A stretch of 64,000 bases of DNA from an uncultured Thermus sp. Lineage in GTDB: Bacteria > Deinococcota > Deinococci > Deinococcales > Thermaceae. Location: assembly GCA_947085095.1 (NCBI GenBank), contig CAMTVD010000013.1, forward strand, positions 32,001-96,000, written 5' to 3'. The notes under the pieces are model-generated. The model ran no database searches. It was not told the origin of the DNA and saw only the letters and a list, made by a program, of their open reading frames with translations. The position numbers and the translations under genes were made by a program. This document shows positions 39,629 through 47,000 of this stretch, piece by piece; the first letter of the stretch is position 1, and each line of letters starts with the position of its first letter.

Positions 39629-39804
39629 GCGAGGAGGGCAGCCCCAGCCGAGGCGGTGCGCAAAGCGGAAAAGCTAACCAATCAGAGGCAACGCTATCCA
39701 AACCACGCCGCCAGTGCTTCCGAAGGGGACCTTGACAATCAAAACCCGCAATAGCTCCTGATAAGACACACAACAGGGGTCAGCGGGCTTTTTCGCCGTC
39801 CTGG

Positions 39805-41775
39805 TCATGCGTAGTCCCCACACGCGCGGGGATAGTTCAACATTTGCTTGGGGGAAGCGCTTTCCCCGAGGGTTCTTCCCTCACCCGAGGCGATAGGCTC
39901 GGGGTCAGCCACGCTCAAGGGAAGGGCGCTGGGATGGTAGAGGCCCCCCGCTACCTTGGTAAGCCAATAGACCTGGGTCACGGCTTCTTCCAAGCGCAAG
40001 TCTCCATGGATCACTTCCACACTCAGGGCCTTGGGCCAGCCGGGGTGACCAGGGTGGGCGTGAAGGTAGGCCAGCTCCGGGAGGGCCCGGAAGTAGGTGC
40101 CCAAGGGTAAGACCTTTTTGGAGAACCGGAGGCGGGTTGACTTGATTCGGATTAAGGGCGACCGTACCCAGCTGAGCACCTCTTCTAGGGCCTCGTCGCT
40201 CCCACGGAAGTGGACCACCAACGGGTAGGGAAGCGTTTTTTGTGGCAGGTTCCAGCCTTGGTCGGTGAGCTGCCCCTCCGGAGAGAGGAGCCTCCAGAAG
40301 AAGCCATCCCGGGTGCGAACGATGCCGAGCACGTGGTGGGTGAGTCCCTCCAGCAAAAAAGGGATACCGCCCGCCTTGCGGGCCAGGCTGTAGGCCAGCT
40401 CGTGCACATGCGGTCGTTCCAGGAGGGTGGAAGGATTAACCCACTTTACGATCCGGGCGGAAATCTCCAGGGTCGCGTGCAACTGTTGGAGGACTTTCCG
40501 GGCCACGTCTTCCGGTGCGAGGAGAAGCGCGATGTCCGCAGGAAGCGGGCCCCCTTCCACGGCTTTGCCTGTCTTGGGATCGTAGATCAAAGGGGGAACC
40601 TGGAGCTTCAAAGAAGCCCCCATTCTCTCCCAGATCTCTAGGAAGCTTGGCAAAGAAGGAGTCAAGGCGAGAAGGCGTTTCCCCTCAGAGGACTTTTTAA
40701 GTTGGTTTTGATCCACAAAATGGCGAAGGAGGAGCTGCCGAGCGCTCAGAGAGACTTCTTCCTTTGCGTAGGCAGAACGGCTTTCCCGCCATTCCGGTTC
40801 TGCCCGAGGCTTGAATTTGATATGAGGTTGGGTGTGGCCTGCAGGGCGTTTTAGAAAAACGGAGATTTCCATGTAGGGAAAGGCGAGGTGGAAGGTAACC
40901 TTCCCCGGAGGGCGGAAGAACCCTTTTTGGAGCACCTCCTTTGGCTCGCGGCCCAAACCTTGGCCCATCCGAAGGGCGCCCTGGCTAACGGAAGCCAGGT
41001 GCTCCTGGGGGATGCGCCAAGGCCTAGGGTCCAGTACCCCTTGGAAGATCAGGCGCACCTTGTCCTCGAGGTCCTTAAACCTGAACTGGCTTTCCCAAAA
41101 GGCGTCCTGGGAGAGTTGGCGAAGACCCGAGCCGCTGGCGGGCGGAGCTTCTATGTGCGAAAGGACTTGGGGATGAAGGAGGAGGTGGGCATCGGGGGGA
41201 GCTTTTTCCAGGGGGACGCTCCTCCTCTGGTGGGGGACCAGGGCTTTAAGGGGGTGGCTTTCCTGCAAGGCCTTGATGTGCTGGAGCACCTCGCTTCCCA
41301 GCTCGGCTAGGGTGGCCTTCGTGAGCGCTCGCTTTTCCAAGTCCACCAGGGCGAAGTAGGCCTCCCCGAGGCGCACCGCCTCCACCCAGTATCCCTGGTG
41401 TAGGCGCACCTCCAGGGGAATCTTAGGGCCAAGAGCAAGGTAGCCCATTATCTCCACGTAGTCCTCGGGGTCAAACCACACCCCGCCGTTGCGGTAGAAG
41501 CCCTTCCGGGTGAGAAAGCGGTGGAGGTAGCCGTTGAAGGCCTTCGTCGCTTCCTTTGCCCCTTTCGGCGTGAGCGTTCCAAGCAAGGGGGCGCGGGCCT
41601 GGGGGTCCTCCACCCCGTAGACCCAGACCTCTTGCCCACGGATCTCGGCGAAGAAGCCCTCCGCCCGCAGGTAGGCCAAAAACTTCTGGGGCGCTCGGTG
41701 CCGGTACCGGTAGACCCGGAGGGCATCCGGGCTGACGAGAAGGGGAAAGAGGTTGACCTCGTACAACGGGCTCAC
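39805..41775 (-). CDS. Divergent long prokaryotic Argonaute/PIWI protein, catalytically inactive
   Basis: Motifs colinear with TtAgo as recalled: EVNLFPL; FALVDLEKRALTKATLAEL (L1); EPKEVLQKGFFRPP (L2); LAYSLARKAGGIPF (MID end); GTYF, GWPKALSV, LEEAVTQVYWLTKV, PSALPLSV (PIWI). GxD and RDG are replaced by LGIV and FRG. GTG start overlaps the upstream TGA. Confidence 0.8.
   Translation of the reverse strand: MSPLYEVNLFPLLVSPDALRVYRYRHRAPQKFLAYLRAEGFFAEIRGQEVWVYGVEDPQARAPLLGTLTPKGAKEATKAFNGYLHRFLTRKGFYRNGGVWFDPEDYVEIMGYLALGPKIPLEVRLHQGYWVEAVRLGEAYFALVDLEKRALTKATLAELGSEVLQHIKALQESHPLKALVPHQRRSVPLEKAPPDAHLLLHPQVLSHIEAPPASGSGLRQLSQDAFWESQFRFKDLEDKVRLIFQGVLDPRPWRIPQEHLASVSQGALRMGQGLGREPKEVLQKGFFRPPGKVTFHLAFPYMEISVFLKRPAGHTQPHIKFKPRAEPEWRESRSAYAKEEVSLSARQLLLRHFVDQNQLKKSSEGKRLLALTPSLPSFLEIWERMGASLKLQVPPLIYDPKTGKAVEGGPLPADIALLLAPEDVARKVLQQLHATLEISARIVKWVNPSTLLERPHVHELAYSLARKAGGIPFLLEGLTHHVLGIVRTRDGFFWRLLSPEGQLTDQGWNLPQKTLPYPLVVHFRGSDEALEEVLSWVRSPLIRIKSTRLRFSKKVLPLGTYFRALPELAYLHAHPGHPGWPKALSVEVIHGDLRLEEAVTQVYWLTKVAGGLYHPSALPLSVADPEPIASGEGRTLGESASPKQMLNYPRACGDYA
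39811..39900 (+). CRISPR. Degenerate type I-E-like mini-array (repeat, 32-nt spacer, decayed repeat) with possible leader at about 39725-39810
   Basis: GTAGTCCCCACACGCGCGGGGATAGTTCA (39811-39839); GTTCTTCCCTCACCCGAGGCGATAGGCTC exactly 61 nt later (18 of first 25 identical); A-rich upstream region with TTGACA at 39732. Confidence 0.65.
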
Positions 41776-43763
41776 ACTCCCAGAAATGGACTGGGTTCGC
41801 CCCAGTATCCGACCCAAAGCTGTTCCCGGGCGCGGGAAAAGGCCACGTAGAGGAGGTTGCGGTCCTGTTCCACCAAAGCTTCCCGGTCCCGCTCCGAGGG
41901 AGCCTTCCTCAGCAAGGACTCTAGGGGGAAGAGGTTGTGGTTGACTCCATATACGGCCACCGCTCGGAACTCCAGGCCCTTAGCGCTGTGGACTGTCCCC
42001 ACCCGCACCCCTTCCCCTTGCTCCTCTTTATCGGAAAGGAGGGTGGCCTGAATACCTTGGGCCTCCAAGGTATCCCGGAGGTGTCTGGCCAGGTCCCACA
42101 CCCTTGCCAGCACCCCAACCTCCTCGGGCGGAACTCCAAAGTCCAGGTGGCTTCTCACCCAAGCCACCAGATCAGCGGTACAGCTTTCCTGGGTACCGAA
42201 GCCTCGGATCGTGGGCTTAGGACCCCGGAGAAGGGAAAGGACCTCCCGCATCTCCTCCTCCACCTCAGGGGGGAGGACGCCTTCGGCGGCCTGGGCGATC
42301 TCCCGGGTGGTGCGGTAGTTCACCTTGAGGCGGATGGAGCGGCCCCGGACCTCGAGGCCCAAGGCCTGCCAGGAAAGGGGCCCCCGGTAGATCCGCTGGG
42401 CGGGGTCCAGGGCGAAGAAGAGGTTGTCCGGACCCTCCTCCACCAGGGCGCGCAGGAAGAGGAGCTCCGCGGGACCCAGGTCCTGGGCCTCGTCCACCAC
42501 CGCCGCCCGGAAGCGGGGAAGCTCGCCCGCTTCCCCTTTGGCCCGCAAGCGGTGCAGGAGCCGGTTGAAGGTGAGAAGCCCCTCAGCCTCCATCCTTTCC
42601 CAGACCTTTTGAAAGACATCAAAGAGCCTGCGCCGCTCCCTAGCGGTGAGGGGTACGCCCCGGCCGCTACGGGGGAAGCTTTTGTATAGGTCCCACTCGT
42701 ATAAACCAAAGCTATCCACAAAAGCAAACTCCGAGCGCAGGAACTCGGGCTCGTGGCCCGTGGTTTCCCCGGCCTCCAGGAGCCAGGGTAGGTAGGTCTC
42801 CTCCTTGGCGATCCTGGCTGGGCCAAGCTGCTGGCTGTGGAGCCGCACGGCGAGGCTGTGGAGGTTTTCCACGTGGAGGTTCGGGGGCACCTCACCCAGG
42901 AGAAGGCGGAGCCCCGTGCGGAGGCGGGCTACCAGGAAGCGGTTGAAGGAGGTAAGGAGGAGGGGTGCCTCAGGGTAGTGCCGGGCCAAGGTGGCCGCCC
43001 GATGGAGGGCCACCACGGTCTTGCCGGTGCCCGCGGGGCCCGTTACCCGGGCAGGCCCCTGAAAGTTGCGTTCCACCGCCTCCCGCTGGGCAGGGTGGAG
43101 AAAAACCATCCACCGTTCCCATGGGTAGGCTAGGGCCCGCCGGAGCTCCTCCAAATCGCGGATAAACTGCAAGTGTTGCCGGGTAAGGGGGTGTCGGGCC
43201 AGGTCCTCCAGGGTGCTCACCTTGGGGGGCGGCACCACCATCTTGCCCGCATATAGGTCCAGGAGCCTCTCCTGGACATCCTGGGGCAAGCCGGAAAGAA
43301 GCTCCTCCAATTCCTCCTCGGCTTCCACGAGGCGAAGAGGCTTGATGTAGGAGGGGGGCACCCCCAGGTCCAGGAGGTAGTCTTCAGGGTAGTTGAGGAG
43401 GGGGCGGATTTCCCGGGATACCACCCTCTTCTCTTCCACCACGCGGAAAATCTGAAGGGTACCCGTCCTGGGGTGGACCTCCACCTGGTGGTTCTCGGCC
43501 CAGCGGTAGGCGTCGTCGTGGTGGCCCACGTAGGCCAAAATGAACCCCACTTCTGGGTGCTCGTAAAGGATGATGCGGAGGTCCATGTTGACGTAGAGGG
43601 ACCAGAACCCCTTGGTCTTAAGTTTTTCCAGCTTGTGCATTTTTAAGCTGGGATGCCTGGGATTCTGGAGGAAGAGGAAGACGGTTTCCCGCACCCGGTC
43701 CTGCTCTTCCCTGGTGAGCTTTGTAAGGCTTTTATAAAAAGAGTCCGCGATGGCCACACTCAT
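41772..43763 (-). CDS. SF1 UvrD-like helicase with N-terminal RelE/ParE-like domain
   Basis: N-terminal FYKSLTKL...NPRHPSLKMHKL...FWSLYVNMDLRII...YVGHHDDAY; GPAGTGKT, VDEAQD, NYRTT, TVHSAKGLEF, LYVAFSRA. Confidence 0.88.
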   Translation of the reverse strand: MSVAIADSFYKSLTKLTREEQDRVRETVFLFLQNPRHPSLKMHKLEKLKTKGFWSLYVNMDLRIILYEHPEVGFILAYVGHHDDAYRWAENHQVEVHPRTGTLQIFRVVEEKRVVSREIRPLLNYPEDYLLDLGVPPSYIKPLRLVEAEEELEELLSGLPQDVQERLLDLYAGKMVVPPPKVSTLEDLARHPLTRQHLQFIRDLEELRRALAYPWERWMVFLHPAQREAVERNFQGPARVTGPAGTGKTVVALHRAATLARHYPEAPLLLTSFNRFLVARLRTGLRLLLGEVPPNLHVENLHSLAVRLHSQQLGPARIAKEETYLPWLLEAGETTGHEPEFLRSEFAFVDSFGLYEWDLYKSFPRSGRGVPLTARERRRLFDVFQKVWERMEAEGLLTFNRLLHRLRAKGEAGELPRFRAAVVDEAQDLGPAELLFLRALVEEGPDNLFFALDPAQRIYRGPLSWQALGLEVRGRSIRLKVNYRTTREIAQAAEGVLPPEVEEEMREVLSLLRGPKPTIRGFGTQESCTADLVAWVRSHLDFGVPPEEVGVLARVWDLARHLRDTLEAQGIQATLLSDKEEQGEGVRVGTVHSAKGLEFRAVAVYGVNHNLFPLESLLRKAPSERDREALVEQDRNLLYVAFSRAREQLWVGYWGEPSPFLGV

Positions 43764-43773
43764 GGACACCCCC

Positions 43774-44004
43774 TTACCCCTTCAAGTATTCCGCCACCAT
43801 CTCCGGGGACGTGTGGGGTTTGACCACGAGGCCGAACCCCTCGAGGCCCTGGGGCACCAGGCGCTTCGTTCCCCAGCGGGCGATACTCTGCCCCACGACC
43901 TTTCCTCCTTGGACCAGATCCTCCCCCACCTCGTCCGGCGGGGGAAGCCCCAGGCGGCGAAGCCCCTCAAGGAGCGGCCGGTAGGCGGCATCCACGAGTT
44001 CCAA
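43774..44004 (-). CDS. Detached C-terminal domain of the DEAD/DUF1998 helicase (in frame after a single TGA)
   Basis: Same frame as 44014..49341; similar to the BrxL C-terminal 80 aa. Confidence 0.7.
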   Translation of the reverse strand: MELVDAAYRPLLEGLRRLGLPPPDEVGEDLVQGGKVVGQSIARWGTKRLVPQGLEGFGLVVKPHTSPEMVAEYLKG

Positions 44005-44013
44005 GGCCTCCTC

Positions 44014-47000
44014 TCAATCCTCCCGGGACCCAGGCCGAAGAAGCTGGACCAGCTCGGCGAAGGCCTCGTCCCAGGGTTCCCCGTCCCGGAAGACCACGTA
44101 GGGAACGCCGAGAAGGGTGAGGCGCTGGCGGAGTTCCCGGTCCTTTTGGGCCCGTTCGGGGTCTTCGTGGGAGGGACCGTCCACGTAGACCCCCACCCCC
44201 CGGTCGTAGAAGAAGTCCAGGCGGGTGAAGGTTTGGCCCACCTCGAGGGTGTACTGGGCCCGCTCCGGGAGGGGAACCCCGCGGCGATGGCACTCCAAGA
44301 GCCAGCGCCGTTCCAGTTCGCTTTGGCACGCCTCCAGCAGCCTCGCCAGACGGGGGTCCTCCCCGTCCGGTTGCGTTTCCGTGAACTGGGCCCCCAGGAG
44401 CTGGCGGAAGAGGGGCAGGACCAGGTTCCGGTCCAAATGGGGGTGGTCCGCCTGGTTCCCGTAGTCCATGAGGCAGTCGTAGCAGGCCCGCTCGCACCCC
44501 TCCTCGCCTTGGTGCATGAGGCGGAGGGCGGTTTCCACCAGCTCGTGGAAGGGGTGGGGCTCCTCCAGCGAAGGCCACTCCGCCAGGGCCGCTAGGGCCC
44601 CCAGCCCCCCCTCCTGTCCCTCCACCAGGACCACCCGGTAGGGGATGCGGGGCTCTGGGGTGGGTTGGAGGAAGCCGAAGAGCTCCTCCTCGGAAAGCTC
44701 CAAGGTGATGAGGGCGGCCTTGCGGAAGGCGGCCAGAAGGCTCTTGTAAAAGGCCGTGGTCTGTTGCCTATCCAGCTCCGGGGGGAAGGGCACCTCCAGG
44801 GCCACCAGGTCGCTTTCCGCGCGGGCCTCGAGCACCAACCCCCCACGCAGATCCTCCTCGGTGCCCCCTTGGGGGCAGCGGCCGGACCCGCCCTCCCTCC
44901 AGGGATGCTCCTTGAGCTCCTTTTGGGTGAGGAGGAAGCGGCGGCAACGGCGGCAGTAGACGAAGCCGGGGCCCACGGGGAGGTCGTCCTCCTCGTCCAA
45001 GAACCAGGCCCTGAGGCCCTGGTTGAGGGCCACCACCTCGGCGTTGTGCTCGTAGAGGAGGCGGACGTCCCGGTAGGCCAGGACCCTGGGGGACCTCCTC
45101 CGCCAGTGCCACTCCACCTGGTACCCCAGGCGGACCCGGTCCTCCTCCTCGCTCCCGATCCGCCGCCGGGGGAGGCCCAAAAGGACGGGGGGCGGGAGGA
45201 GGCGCAAGGAGGGGGGGAGCTCGGCCAGGTTCCTCCCGCACGAGGGGCAGGTGCTGGCCCCTTCCGCCTCCTCCACGTGGCCGCAGGCGCACCGCTTGGC
45301 GGGACGGAAGGAGTCCTCCTTGGGCACGAAGGCCAGGCGCTCCAGGTGGTAGCGGCGGGCCCCGTAGTAGACGCTGTTCCCGGGGGCCAGCTCCGTGAGG
45401 GCGATGAAGATGGGGCGCTCCAGGCGGCGCACCTCGCCCCCGGGGGTGTGAAGCTCGGCCCAGGTGGTGGCCCGGCCAAAGGCGTAGTTGGGGAGGAAGC
45501 CCCGGCTTTCCAAGTAGTCGCGGAAGTCCATCTCCACCAGGTACCGGCGTTCCCGGTCCGCCCGCTCCACCTCGGCCCTGACCTCGTCCCGGTGGTCGTG
45601 CTTGGGCCCCATATACCCGAGGCGCGTGGCGTACTCCGTGTACCGCTTTTGGGCGTCCAGGTAGGCCTCGCGCCAGGGGGAAAGCTCGGCGTCCATTTCC
45701 GCCACGAACCCGTCCACGGTCCCGGCGATGAGGTCCTCGTTGAGCCAGGGAAAGAGGGCCATCTCCCGGGCGAAGGCCTCCTTCACCGCCTTGAGCGTGG
45801 CCTCCCGGTAGCGGGCAAGCCTTTCCTCTAGGTCCTTTCGGAAGCGGGGGAGGAGGGGGTAGAAGTGGACCTGGTCCTCGTAGTCCACCGCCAGGCCCAC
45901 CTTCCCGGGTAGGGAGAAGCCATCCTGGGCCAGGACCTCGAGGACCAGCGCCCGGATGTGGGCCTTGATGAGCCTCGGGTTGTCCAGGAGGAAGCGGGGG
46001 GCCTGGATGCTGCCCCGGACCATCTTTTGCGGGAAGCGGTAGAAGTACTGGTCGTGCCCCTGGGCCCCGGCGAAGGCCTGGATCAGGGCGGGCTGGCCCT
46101 TCCGCCCCGCCCGGCCCGAGCGCTGGGCGTAGCTGGCGGGGGAAGGGGGGATGTTGCGCAGGTAGACGGAGGAAAGGGCCCCGATGTCAATGCCCATCTC
46201 CAGGGTGGGGGTGGCCACCAGGACGCTCAAGGGGTCTTGGGGGTTGCGGAAGCGCTCCTCCAGCCTCCGCCTCTCCTCCCCGGGAACCTGGCCGGAGTGG
46301 GAGCGGGCCTCGAGGGCCAGGGGGAAGACCCGCCTCTGGTAAAGCTCCCGGTAGAAGGGGTGGACCTCCCGCTCCTCCAGGGCCTGGGCGGGGTACTCGG
46401 GGGAAAGGCGGAGGGCGTAGAGGTGGCCGGTGTAGGTGCTCCGGGGGCAGAAGAGGAAGCGCCCCTCGGTCTTCTCCAGGAGAATGGCCGTGGGGCTTAT
46501 GGCCAGGCCCACCACCTTCTCCCGGCCCCGGGCGGGAAACTCCCAGGGGACGAGGACCCTTTGCTCCTTCAGGGCCCGGACCAGCCGCTTGAGGAGGGCC
46601 TGGGCCTCCTGCCGGGGCAGGAGGAGGGCCCGCATGGTCCAGGCCTCAAAGGGGCTCGGCCTGCGCTCGCCGTAAAGCCCGAAGGTGTGGCCGAACCGGG
46701 GCGCGCGGAGGGCTTTGCTCTCCAGGAGGATGGCCGCCCCCACTGGGTCCACGAAGACCTCCTGGGGGAAGGCGGCCAGGGGCTCTTCCACCTCGCTGCG
46801 GAAGGCGTAGGGGTTGAGGAGGGGGTGGTGGATGGCCCCGCGGCGGCGCATGAGGTCCAAAAGACCCACCAGGTAGTCCCGGCGCACCTCCAAGGGAGCG
46901 CTCACCCCCTGCCAGAGGTCCTCGTCCTTTAGGAGCTCCTCCAGGCGGCGGTAGGTGTAGCGCACCAAGCCCGCCGCCTCCAGGTTCTTGAGGTGGGGCT

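Noticed and set aside
39578..39660. Possible structured ncRNA (CCTTGCTCACC/GGTGAGCGAGG pairing)
   Set aside because: Overlaps the vapC remnant, has no recognisable riboswitch or ribozyme core, and such pairing is likely by chance at this GC content.
39473..39900. Functional multi-spacer CRISPR-Cas locus
   Set aside because: At most three degenerate repeats in two orientations and no cas genes in the window.
39805..41775. Canonical slicing TtAgo orthologue
   Set aside because: The catalytic aspartates are absent and similarity is limited to short motifs.
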